A stretch of 64,000 nt of DNA. It comes from a virus. Below, one piece after another: positions 39,759-48,285 of this stretch. The first letter of the stretch is position 1, and every line of letters begins with the position of its first letter. Both the position numbers and the translations under genes were made by a program. The notes beneath the pieces are model-generated. The model saw only the letters and a program-made list of their open reading frames with translations, was not told the DNA's origin and ran no database searches. The stretch spans positions 74,060 through 138,059 of the IMG/VR virus record IMGVR_UViG_3300020473_000020, one strand, 5' to 3'.

Positions 39759-40247
39759 ATGAAGCAACTAAATACGGGTGTTGGTATTCTGGGTCTACAA
39801 GGGTTACGCTTGCATGACACTGCCGACCCCAACACACCTAGAACGACACCTGAGCCACATAGCAACGAAGTTCTATCAAAGTACACTGTGGTTCCACTTG
39901 AGGCTGTTAAACAGCTTTTAAGCGCCTCTCAGTATGTATGCCAGTCAGGGGGCACAGCCCTGTCACACCGAAACCTCAAGAGAGCAGGCCAAGCCTTCGA
40001 CAAAGCAAGCCGTCCATTTGGTGACCCAAACAAGATGACGCATGAAGGGGCACACTTGCGTGATATAGGCGCTCAACTGGATGAAGCTATTGACGTCATG
40101 TACCATAAGGGAGAGTGCAACCCTTACAATACGGGTATGCTTAATGGTATGCTGTTTGTTAGGCAGATGCTTACGGGCATTGAAGAGCCGCAAATAAAGC
40201 CAATGAGCTGTAAACTACTAAGAAGTGAGACTGACGATGACGACTAA
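39759..40247 (+). CDS. hypothetical protein
   Basis: AAGGA RBS; YNTGMLNGM motif. Confidence 0.6.
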   Translation: MKQLNTGVGILGLQGLRLHDTADPNTPRTTPEPHSNEVLSKYTVVPLEAVKQLLSASQYVCQSGGTALSHRNLKRAGQAFDKASRPFGDPNKMTHEGAHLRDIGAQLDEAIDVMYHKGECNPYNTGMLNGMLFVRQMLTGIEEPQIKPMSCKLLRSETDDDD

Positions 40248-40467
40248 GCGAACAAGACCCGCTAAAGCACAAGACATCCGTGTAGGGCACATTTACTATG
40301 CACCGTTTGACGGAGAGTACAAAGCAACATCTTTGAAGGCTCAGCCCGTTATTCAATTAGTCGTCCAAGACAAGCTGATTCAGCGCGCCGTTAAAGGTAT
40401 GGTTACGTCAGGTGAACGATTGTACCGTTCAAAAGCGAAAGCGAAACGTATTAGTTTTAATACCTAG
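40237..40467 (+). CDS. hypothetical basic protein
   Basis: ATG at 40237 overlaps the end of the previous gene. Confidence 0.45.
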   Translation: MTTKRTRPAKAQDIRVGHIYYAPFDGEYKATSLKAQPVIQLVVQDKLIQRAVKGMVTSGERLYRSKAKAKRISFNT

Positions 40468-40477
40468 GGAGAATGCC

Positions 40478-40711
40478 ATGGATTATTTTGCTAATATGAA
40501 TACGATGCTGATCTGTATGAGCAATAATGCTCGCAAGCAGGGTGGTAAAGCGTGGGACAACGCCAAGCGTAAGAACCGTCGCAGACATTTACCACGCGGG
40601 AAAACTTATGAAAATTTCGAGAAGAGGTCTCGTAAGGTTTTTTGGGCTGAAATGAAAGCACAGATAGACCAAGACTTTAAGGCATTAGGTAAAGAGCCAC
40701 CCAAGCTCTAA
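40478..40711 (+). CDS. hypothetical basic protein
   Basis: GGGAG RBS before MDYFANM. Confidence 0.55.
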   Translation: MDYFANMNTMLICMSNNARKQGGKAWDNAKRKNRRRHLPRGKTYENFEKRSRKVFWAEMKAQIDQDFKALGKEPPKL

Positions 40712-40739
40712 ACGTTGTACAATAAAAGTTTGTAAAGGG

Positions 40740-40768
40740 TTGCGTTGCAGCCCTTTTGCGTTTATAGT
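40740..40768 (+). promoter_or_regulatory. sigma70-like promoter flanked by TTGTACAA sites
   Basis: TTGCGT-17 bp-TATAGT; TTGTACAA at 40715 and 40780. Confidence 0.55.
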
Positions 40769-40823
40769 CTCGATTGTAATTGTACAAAGCTTTATGAGCT
40801 TTATTAAAAACCGAGATAATCTT

Positions 40824-41180
40824 ATGACCGATATTCATAACGCCACCCTAGGCGACGGCCGCCGTATTCGCGTACGACTTGGAAAGCACATCGAAGATAC
40901 TGGGGAAGTTGACGAGTTCGTCACATATCACCGTACCTTTTCCGATGTTATGGCCAAAGTTAAAGAGCATTACGCGGCAGGCGAAAATATTTTCTTACGT
41001 AAGTTAGAAAGCCCCCCAAGCTCCAAAATACCATCTTTGTTTGAGTTAGATACACATGAAGGTAACGCCAGAAAAAGGCAGGGAAGTGACCCGCACCCCA
41101 GAGAAATAACGTACCTAACCTTAGTCAGGGAAGGGCTTACAGAAGAAGAAGCTAGACAATTTAGCCGAAACTACAATTAA
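40824..41180 (+). CDS. hypothetical protein
   Basis: Start reassigned to MTDIHNA, downstream of the promoter. Confidence 0.55.
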   Translation: MTDIHNATLGDGRRIRVRLGKHIEDTGEVDEFVTYHRTFSDVMAKVKEHYAAGENIFLRKLESPPSSKIPSLFELDTHEGNARKRQGSDPHPREITYLTLVREGLTEEEARQFSRNYN

Positions 41181-41190
41181 CAGGGGTTTT

Positions 41191-41844
41191 ATGAAAGCTT
41201 TAACGGTCGTTATTTCTGATAATAACGAAAAAGCAGTATCTGAGTGGAATGTAAGGGATTGGTACTTATCACTTAACGATGGCGACACTGCCTTTGTGGC
41301 GACGCCAACTATGCTCAGTGCTCTACAGTTAGGCGTCCGCCTAAAAGAACTTGAGACATTCACGTTCACATTCCATGGGCAAGATATTACTTGCGGGGAA
41401 AACGGTGACCTAGACCAGTGGCCAGTCGGCTTCATGGATCAGCAGGCTGTCTACCTAAAAGCGCTGATCAAGGGTAGTACCTACGATGATGAAAAGGCCA
41501 GCTTTGCTGAAATGAAGAAGAAGCGTGCGCAAGGTAACCCATTTTACACAGAAAAGCGTAGCGTAGAGCGCATATACGACTATGAAAAACTAAAAAGTCA
41601 CGTTAATGAGTACTTGTGTGAGAATACGATTAACTATGAACGCTTCGAATGTACAGGTGTCGAGCTATCGACGAGCGATTGTATGGAAGTTAGCCTAAAG
41701 CGCGTGGGTGAAGACCTGTACAACGACGGCGAGATCGATGAAGATTTCGAGGACGATGAGCAATGGGAAACTTTTTGTGCGGGAATGGCGGCGCAACTTG
41801 GTGTCCGCATATTTGGCGCGCCTTGGCATTACTATACTAGGTAA
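41191..41844 (+). CDS. hypothetical protein
   Basis: 217-aa ORF with AGGGG RBS; GDLDQWPVGFMDQ motif. Confidence 0.65.
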   Translation: MKALTVVISDNNEKAVSEWNVRDWYLSLNDGDTAFVATPTMLSALQLGVRLKELETFTFTFHGQDITCGENGDLDQWPVGFMDQQAVYLKALIKGSTYDDEKASFAEMKKKRAQGNPFYTEKRSVERIYDYEKLKSHVNEYLCENTINYERFECTGVELSTSDCMEVSLKRVGEDLYNDGEIDEDFEDDEQWETFCAGMAAQLGVRIFGAPWHYYTR

Positions 41845-41907
41845 GTCTTGCAAGGCTAATAAGTGCTCGCTAATATTCAGTCTCAAGTATGAGACTGAGA
41901 CATTAAG

Positions 41908-42132
41908 ATGAGTGATACAATCAAGGCTTGCCCTTATTGCACGAGCCAACCCGTAGCTTTTAAAACAAGTGTTAGCGCGAACGGCTGTTCGTTCCCTGCA
42001 TATATCATAGAGTGCGACAACACAGACGACGAGTCAAAGCTGCCCTTTATAGAGCACAGGCTCTCTGTGTATGGCGCAAATCGAGAAGAAGCACTAAAGC
42101 GTTGGAACGAAGTCGTCCCAGACATAAAATAG
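41908..42132 (+). CDS. Lar-like (restriction alleviation) zinc-ribbon protein
   Basis: IKACPYC...IECDN...REEALKRWN pattern typical of the Lar family. Confidence 0.55.
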   Translation: MSDTIKACPYCTSQPVAFKTSVSANGCSFPAYIIECDNTDDESKLPFIEHRLSVYGANREEALKRWNEVVPDIK

Positions 42133-42145
42133 AATTAGGAACACT

Positions 42146-42421
42146 ATGAGTAATGAGATCAGGCCAGTTGATGCAGTCTTCGACGACGGAGCTGAGTGGC
42201 TATTAGCTTGTCCGCACTGTGGCAAAATACGCGGTATAGATAAAGAAGGTTCACTCTCCAATCTTAGAGGCGAAATGTACCAAGATAACCTCTGCTCAGG
42301 CTGGTACGAGTTAAGCCAAGACTGCCGTGCTTCGATCAAGACAGTTGACCAGCTCTATGCGATTGGCGAGGCCAAAGAGCGTGAATTGGAAGAGGCCGCG
42401 TGTGAAGCCGAAGAGAGCTAG
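42146..42421 (+). CDS. zinc-ribbon hypothetical protein
   Basis: CPHCGK; AGGA RBS. Confidence 0.55.
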   Translation: MSNEIRPVDAVFDDGAEWLLACPHCGKIRGIDKEGSLSNLRGEMYQDNLCSGWYELSQDCRASIKTVDQLYAIGEAKERELEEAACEAEES

Positions 42422-42435
42422 CATCGCTGAACACA

Positions 42436-42461
42436 AAAAAGCCGAGTATACACTCGGCTTT
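42436..42461. terminator. bidirectional intrinsic terminator
   Basis: AAAAAGCCGAGT-ATAC-ACTCGGCTTTT between convergent genes. Confidence 0.75.
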
Positions 42462-42486
42462 TCTATCGCTAGCTTTTTTTTAAGGC

Positions 42487-43311
42487 TTAGTAGCCTGCAA
42501 AGTCAGCCCAAACGCCGATGTCACGGCTATTCACTTTATGGTCTTTGGTACCACTCAGCTTAACTTTAGACTGCCAGAAAAGTTCGTACTGTTGAAGCAT
42601 TTCAAGGCCAAAGCGGATGTGAGCACAGAAACCTGCATCGTCTTCTGGGTTAATCTCATCGTCGCCATCGAACTTAGGGAAGTTCTTAACACGGCCGAAG
42701 TGAGCGCCTTTCTTCTTGTTAGCTTTCGCAAACGTATGATTGTAGTCAAGACACGTACAACGTACTGCAATTTCAGTCTTACTTGTTAACGGGTCAACGT
42801 AGTAAAGGTCAAAAAGGTTAGCAGCAGCTGCTTCCATTTCTTCTGGTGTCTCGAACTTATCTTCGTTGTCGATGTACCATTTTTCAACGTCAAGGTTAGC
42901 ATCTTTAGGTAGGCGAATAGGGATCATATTCGCGTACTTTGAGCGTACCGTCTTGCGTTGTGACTTCGGGTCAACGCGTTGGATGCCGATGTTAACAAAC
43001 TTAATTTGCGGCGTATGCTGAGCTTTTAAGTCATGTGAGACTAAGTCGTTTTCCGAGTCGTCAATCGCTTTCATGTTGAAAGTAATCGTTAACTCTTTGC
43101 CAGCTTCATCAATGTCCCAAATAGGGTCATCCGAGTTACGCATGTCGATGAAGTTATCTTTTGGCGAACGGAAGTCGTTAGCTGAATCAACAAGCTGCTT
43201 GATGTTAAGACCTTCGAAAAGCATAAAGTCTGGCTTAGCATTTTTTAGAAGCTCGTGTAGCGCGTTTTCGCTTTCAAATAAGGCATTGCCTACAGGTGAT
43301 AAACGGTTCAT
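42487..43311 (-). CDS. SWIM-type zinc-finger protein
   Basis: VRCTCLDY...GFCAHI (CxC...CxH). Confidence 0.65.
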   Translation of the reverse strand: MNRLSPVGNALFESENALHELLKNAKPDFMLFEGLNIKQLVDSANDFRSPKDNFIDMRNSDDPIWDIDEAGKELTITFNMKAIDDSENDLVSHDLKAQHTPQIKFVNIGIQRVDPKSQRKTVRSKYANMIPIRLPKDANLDVEKWYIDNEDKFETPEEMEAAAANLFDLYYVDPLTSKTEIAVRCTCLDYNHTFAKANKKKGAHFGRVKNFPKFDGDDEINPEDDAGFCAHIRFGLEMLQQYELFWQSKVKLSGTKDHKVNSRDIGVWADFAGY

Positions 43312-43324
43312 TTGTGTAGGTTCC

Positions 43325-43720
43325 TTATTTCTTCTTACGCTTGCTGTCAGCCGCTGCTTTAAGCTTAGCGTGACCAGCCATTACCTTGCCATCATGGCAA
43401 CGAATATCTAAGCCTTTCTTGCGCGCGGCACGGCCACATATTTGCGGACCAGCTGGGCTTTTAGTTGGTTTGATCTTCGCGGTCTTACCACCCATGCGCT
43501 CGTTATCCTTCCAGCCGTCAACTTTTACACGTTGTTGAGAGCCAGCTTTTAAAGCGTTCGTACGTTTTGAAGCAGTAACAGCCTTGTCTGCCGAAACAAA
43601 CTTACCGCCTTTGCCGTGATAAGGGTTACCAACACCATTAGATGGCACTGGGTTAATATGTTTAGTCGATTTCTCTACCAGTTCTTGGTAGCGCTCGACA
43701 ATACTAGAAGCTCTTGTCAT
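43325..43720 (-). CDS. basic hypothetical protein, possibly virion-associated
   Basis: NPYHGKGGKF motif; GAGGA RBS. Confidence 0.6.
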   Translation of the reverse strand: MTRASSIVERYQELVEKSTKHINPVPSNGVGNPYHGKGGKFVSADKAVTASKRTNALKAGSQQRVKVDGWKDNERMGGKTAKIKPTKSPAGPQICGRAARKKGLDIRCHDGKVMAGHAKLKAAADSKRKKK

Positions 43721-43913
43721 TAGAAGTTCCTCAATCGTCTCATTTTACTAGTAAGTTGAAGTATATACTCAAAACAATTGTACAACGCTGTACATAAGAA
43801 AGCCACGGCGCTTTGGTTGTACAATGGTGCGAGGGTTGAGTAGGCAGCTGCACAGGCGGTCTTACGTGCCAGCATTAAGCAAGCTATGGATGTTAAATAA
43901 TTAGCAAAAACGG

Positions 43914-43942
43914 TTGCGGCGCAGTGCTTTATAGAGTATTGT
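43914..43942 (+). promoter_or_regulatory. sigma70-like promoter with TTGTACAA over the -10
   Basis: TTGCGG-17 bp-TATTGT(ACAA). Confidence 0.55.
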
Positions 43943-43988
43943 ACAAAAGAATGTTTTTAGATAAACGTAAACTTGGAAGAGGTTACCT

Positions 43989-44501
43989 ATGGTTAAAAAT
44001 GCTGTAGCACTACCGTATAATTTGTTCTTCGTTGGCACGTCAGCTGACCCTCAAGAAGGGGAGCTAACGGAGTTCGCTATGTTGTTTCCCAACAACAAGC
44101 TACTATTCTTTCCATGGGAAGATTGCTTCGCATGGGACAAGATGAAAAAGCGCTTTAGAAAAGAGGGCTTACACATCTTCCGTGATGTAGACGGTGCAGA
44201 AGAACACTTGACAATAGAAGTTTTTGAGTCAAAATGGCTGCGCGCCAACGAGCACGAGCTTAAACTAGACCCGCTCATTAACCGTGGCTTAGACGGTTGG
44301 TATGATGCTGAGGGGTACTGCTTCGTACGTGACGCAGATGAGGCACAGACGTCCAGAATCAAGTCTAAGACAGCTTCCGAGAAGCTTACCGACTCTGAAA
44401 ATGACATGGCTCTTGTTGAAGGCTATCAAAGTCGTCGCCAAGAGAAGCGTCTGGCAGCTATTAGCCAACGAGCGCCACGAAGACGGCGAAGAAAAAACTG
44501 A
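43989..44501 (+). CDS. hypothetical protein with Arg-rich tail
   Basis: GAGG RBS, 170 aa. Confidence 0.6.
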   Translation: MVKNAVALPYNLFFVGTSADPQEGELTEFAMLFPNNKLLFFPWEDCFAWDKMKKRFRKEGLHIFRDVDGAEEHLTIEVFESKWLRANEHELKLDPLINRGLDGWYDAEGYCFVRDADEAQTSRIKSKTASEKLTDSENDMALVEGYQSRRQEKRLAAISQRAPRRRRRKN

Positions 44502-44555
44502 CACTGCTCACGAGGCAGTGTTTTCATTTAATCGAGACTTATGAGTTAGAAAAAC

Positions 44556-45569
44556 ATGAAAAATATCTTGGATGCGAATGCTAAAAAAGCAACGTTGTTT
44601 CATATCCGCACAGCTAAGGACATTGATTGGTCGCAGTTGAACGCCATGGCTTATAACCCTGAGCAGGCGCTCGATGTGAATAATAAACGCATCGGTTTTG
44701 TGCACCCGCTAGAAACCTTAGAAATTGCACCAGAAGGTGAAATTTTCGAACAATACGAAGGCGGTCTGATCGGTGCTCTCCGCACGGACAAGTCTGTCGT
44801 AACTTCTACCGCAATTAAGCAAGCAGCAGCCGTTCAAATCAAACAGCGACTTGAGGAACTACCAGAAGACGCACGCTTGAGCAAAGAAGAACGCGAGTCT
44901 ATTACAATCGCTGTACGTCAAAAGCTGCTTAAAGATTCTACTGAGGTTTCTAGCTACGTCCCATTCATTATCGACGAGAAGAACTCAAGACTTATCATTT
45001 TCAGCACGACGTCTGATATTTTAGAAGCGGTAAAGGTACGCCTTAATAATATGTTTGCTGGTGACCTTGAATTGATTGACTACTCATCATTCGCAGTCAA
45101 AGCTGAGATCAACAATATAGCTGCAAAATTCCTTTCTAAGCTTCAAACATACCATACGGCTCATGCTGCCGATGCACATGATATGGTTTTCGAGGGCTGT
45201 GATGGCCTTAGCTTCGGCACAGGTGTGAAGCTATCATCATTCGACGATACGAGTGGTAACGATGGCGGGTTCCCGTCGATTGATGTCACCGACGAGCGCC
45301 TTTTACAGCTAATTGAAAGTGCTACGGGCATTGAGAAAATTGGACTGTTTCTTGTCCACTCGACAAGTGATATTGACTTCACACTTAACTCTAAGTTGCA
45401 GTTCGATAAGCTTGGGTTAGACAGTGTTCTGATTCATGGGTTGCAGGAAGATGACCTGCAAGACCCAACAGGTGAGATCCGCGCGACTGCTCAAATTCTA
45501 GCCGACTGTGTAGACATTATGCAGAAAAACGTAACGAATTGGCTTGGAATGTCTGAGCACATCGGATAG
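44556..45569 (+). CDS. rdgC: RdgC-like recombination-associated protein
   Basis: IGFVHP, LRTDKSV, LSKEERESI...VRQKLL, IDFTLNSKLQF follow the RdgC pattern. Confidence 0.7.
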   Translation: MKNILDANAKKATLFHIRTAKDIDWSQLNAMAYNPEQALDVNNKRIGFVHPLETLEIAPEGEIFEQYEGGLIGALRTDKSVVTSTAIKQAAAVQIKQRLEELPEDARLSKEERESITIAVRQKLLKDSTEVSSYVPFIIDEKNSRLIIFSTTSDILEAVKVRLNNMFAGDLELIDYSSFAVKAEINNIAAKFLSKLQTYHTAHAADAHDMVFEGCDGLSFGTGVKLSSFDDTSGNDGGFPSIDVTDERLLQLIESATGIEKIGLFLVHSTSDIDFTLNSKLQFDKLGLDSVLIHGLQEDDLQDPTGEIRATAQILADCVDIMQKNVTNWLGMSEHIG

Positions 45570-45584
45570 AATCATTACGACTTT

Positions 45585-45620
45585 GAAGCCTAAACCACTA
45601 CAACATAGTGGTTTAGGCTT
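45585..45620. terminator. 15-bp stem-loop after rdgC
   Basis: AAGCCTAAACCACTA-CAACA-TAGTGGTTTAGGCTT. Confidence 0.6.
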
Positions 45621-45709
45621 AGAACGAATTAAGATGTTATGCAATCATAATTAAACGTAGTATCTGGTTAAGGTTTATTGCATTGATTACTTAACCAGTT
45701 GATAACAAG

Positions 45710-46396
45710 ATGCTTACTATAAGCAGAGGTCGGTTTGGTCTATGGCCAAACATAAAGCAAGAGCGCCGAAAATTGAATAATAAAGACAACTCCACTGATA
45801 AAAACGCATCCCCCAGCGTCCGAACCCAAGCAACCACACCACTTTTCCAAGGTATAGCTGCCTGCGACATTTTTCAACAATCGTTAGAAAGTGGGAAGCT
45901 AGTTAAAGTCGTAGAAGGTACCCCCGTAGATGAACGTGTGCTTGAGTTGCACGACGACTTGAATAAAGCGTTTCAATTAAATGCAATCCAAGCAGACCAG
46001 CTCGTTACGACTGAACGTGAGCTAACCGAACGCAATTTAGAAGTTGCTGAATTACAACAAGAACTGGCTGCGGCCAAAAAGCAACTAGGTATTAGCCCAA
46101 CGACTAAAGTGGTAGATGGTACCCAAGCGCACAACCCAGACTTAATTAAGCGCCAGCGTGAGGTTATCGACGTAATAAACGGACTGGTTCAGGACAGTAA
46201 TAGAGACTTCGTAGAAATCCATGAGATAGTCGAACCATTAAAGAACATGCTTGAAGATGGCCATTCAGTGATCCTTAGCAGTGGTACTAAACTGGGTGAC
46301 GACATTGCACGTATCATCACGATGATTGAAGATTATTTCCACACATTCAATCTAAGACATATCGAAGTCAGGGGTAAGCTCTCGCCGAGTCAATAA
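45710..46396 (+). CDS. coiled-coil hypothetical protein, paralogue of 47881..48285
   Basis: C-terminal region aligns by eye with the 47881 ORF; start uncertain. Confidence 0.65.
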   Translation: MLTISRGRFGLWPNIKQERRKLNNKDNSTDKNASPSVRTQATTPLFQGIAACDIFQQSLESGKLVKVVEGTPVDERVLELHDDLNKAFQLNAIQADQLVTTERELTERNLEVAELQQELAAAKKQLGISPTTKVVDGTQAHNPDLIKRQREVIDVINGLVQDSNRDFVEIHEIVEPLKNMLEDGHSVILSSGTKLGDDIARIITMIEDYFHTFNLRHIEVRGKLSPSQ

Positions 46397-46443
46397 TAAG
46401 AACGCACTGCACATCCCGACCGTATAAACATTCTTAATAACAT

Positions 46444-46470
46444 AAAAATGCCGCTATAAGCGGCATTTTT
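46444..46470. terminator. bidirectional intrinsic terminator
   Basis: AAAAATGCCGCT-ATA-AGCGGCATTTTT. Confidence 0.8.
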
Positions 46471-46522
46471 GTTACACACAATCTCAAATAAAACAGACCT
46501 ATTATGGTCGTGGTTCGGGAAC

Positions 46523-46651
46523 CTATTTCACTGGGCGCTGGAAAGGTGACATGTCAGGCTCTCGCTCGATCTTCGGGTCACCACCTTGGTTACCGCCGCC
46601 AGCTACACCACCAGTCACTTTGGCTAAATCACTCTTCGATAGTTCTTTCAT
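46523..46651 (-). CDS. 42-aa double-glycine-leader peptide precursor
   Basis: Below the ORF-track cutoff. MKELSKSDLAKVTGG/VAGGGNQGGDPKIEREPDMSPFQRPVK; GAGGA RBS 9 nt upstream; the leader fits the LSxxE/DLxxV/IxGG consensus. Confidence 0.8.
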   Translation of the reverse strand: MKELSKSDLAKVTGGVAGGGNQGGDPKIEREPDMSPFQRPVK

Positions 46652-46679
46652 CGTGTGTCATCCTCTAAAATTAGGCTAA

Positions 46680-47294
46680 TCACCCATTGTTAAACGGGTC
46701 TACTTTTAAACGCCTACCTACAAGACCATCTAGTGTCATTGTCAGTAGCGCAAAAGTTAAAGCAATAATTAGGCCAAGCTTAAAAGATGGGTACGTGTTG
46801 TATATAAACATTGGTTTCTCAGCAAGTATGCCTGAGTGGCGTACTACGTATTCGGCAACTAGCGTGAGATTCGCTGCTATAGAAAACCCAAATATTAAAC
46901 GGATAAAATACTCTTGGCGGGCATAACCGAGGTCATTAAAAGCACGGTATATATAGCTAGTCGTGTCGTGAACACAAAGAAAGTTTGATAGCTTATGGCC
47001 AACACGTAGGCGGTATTTTAGAAGCAGTATTGCAGTCAAATCTGATAAAGAGTAGCAAATTTGATGAACTATTAGTGAATTTGGCAAGTATGGTTGAAAT
47101 ACAAACAGGTCAACCATGGATAGTGTGAACAGGATTCCCACTATCCATATACGCAATGCGTCCCTGATGTTTAAGCCCACTACAATAACCATCGCCAAAA
47201 AGTAAGCCGTTACGATGTAGGTCGAAGGCTTACTGTAGTCCAGATTATTAAAAGTGTTAACGAGTAAGTCATACATTATTCTTGTGTCCCTCAT
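46680..47294 (-). CDS. polytopic membrane protein (about 5 TM), candidate peptide receptor or immunity protein
   Basis: Five hydrophobic segments; lies between the HTH gene and the peptide gene; alternative start at 47276. Confidence 0.75.
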   Translation of the reverse strand: MRDTRIMYDLLVNTFNNLDYSKPSTYIVTAYFLAMVIVVGLNIRDALRIWIVGILFTLSMVDLFVFQPYLPNSLIVHQICYSLSDLTAILLLKYRLRVGHKLSNFLCVHDTTSYIYRAFNDLGYARQEYFIRLIFGFSIAANLTLVAEYVVRHSGILAEKPMFIYNTYPSFKLGLIIALTFALLTMTLDGLVGRRLKVDPFNNG

Positions 47295-47610
47295 CCTTTA
47301 GTGCTTGTAGTACTACGTCCTTGTCTGCCAGTGAGAGCTGACTAAATAGCTTAACAAAGAAGAGTACAGTGTGTTTTGCGAAACTAACACCGCCACCCTT
47401 TTTCCTTTGCGCTTCTAGCAGCATTTCATACTGCGAAACATTTGGCTCACTGGTAGACTCTTCGTCTTCCCAGTTCCTAACAGTCGGCGCAGTTACGTCA
47501 ACGAGTGCGCCAAAGTTCGTTAAATTCATTCCCAAGTTTTTGCGCATAGCTGCAACGTTTCTTGAGACTTGTCGAGTGCGTGTCGTCGGCACTCGCTTCG
47601 CGGCCACCAT
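47269..47610 (-). CDS. XRE-family HTH regulator
   Basis: MRKNLGMNLTNFGALVDVTAPTVRNWE...EP; GAGGA RBS. Confidence 0.85.
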   Translation of the reverse strand: MVAAKRVPTTRTRQVSRNVAAMRKNLGMNLTNFGALVDVTAPTVRNWEDEESTSEPNVSQYEMLLEAQRKKGGGVSFAKHTVLFFVKLFSQLSLADKDVVLQALKDEGHKNNV

Positions 47611-47880
47611 AAGCGGTTCCTCAGCGGTAAAACTTTTTTATTAATCGGTATTTTTTAAATTTTTTTAAAATCCCCTGTGCTACAGTCGTTTGCATCAAAG
47701 GAATCACCGCATTTTAATGAAGAAGTTCGAGTGGTCAAACGAAAAGCGTAGGAATTTATAAAAATCAGCCTTTTACATTAGTAATTGGGCTTGTTGCGCC
47801 TGTTTTTTAAGCGACGCTACTGGCGGCGCACGTTAGAACAATTGTTTATTTAAGGCTCAGTAGTTAACTGGCCTTGTCAC

Positions 47881-48285
47881 ATGGAAAGACCGATGGAAAG
47901 CACGATCGAAAAATATAAAACGACCCATGACTCAGATTCACAGCATTGTGATTGCTCGGAGAACGTTGTGGGTTTTAGCAGGGGTGAATGCGCGAGTGAG
48001 ATTCAGGCTCTACAAAGAACGGTAGATGCCTATAAAGATTTAGCGCAAAGACAGGGGAGTGTTATTGAACTACTCAATGAGCTTCTTGTCGAAGCAAATA
48101 CCGTTATAATTGAGGCGCAGGCTGCGGTTAAGCCTGTGGCCAGTCATATAACAGATGGTAACTCTTTAATTGTAAGTCCTACTAACACCATGGGAGCGGG
48201 GCTAGCAAGCCTTATCGAAACAGTCGAGCAGTATGAAAAAGAGTACCGCCGAGGTCTTTCAGCGGTTCAGGGTAAACTTGCTTAA
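47881..48285 (+). CDS. hypothetical protein, paralogue of 45710..46396
   Basis: Divergent from the XRE gene; shares the DL..RQ..VI...N.L and DG.S motifs. Confidence 0.65.
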   Translation: MERPMESTIEKYKTTHDSDSQHCDCSENVVGFSRGECASEIQALQRTVDAYKDLAQRQGSVIELLNELLVEANTVIIEAQAAVKPVASHITDGNSLIVSPTNTMGAGLASLIETVEQYEKEYRRGLSAVQGKLA

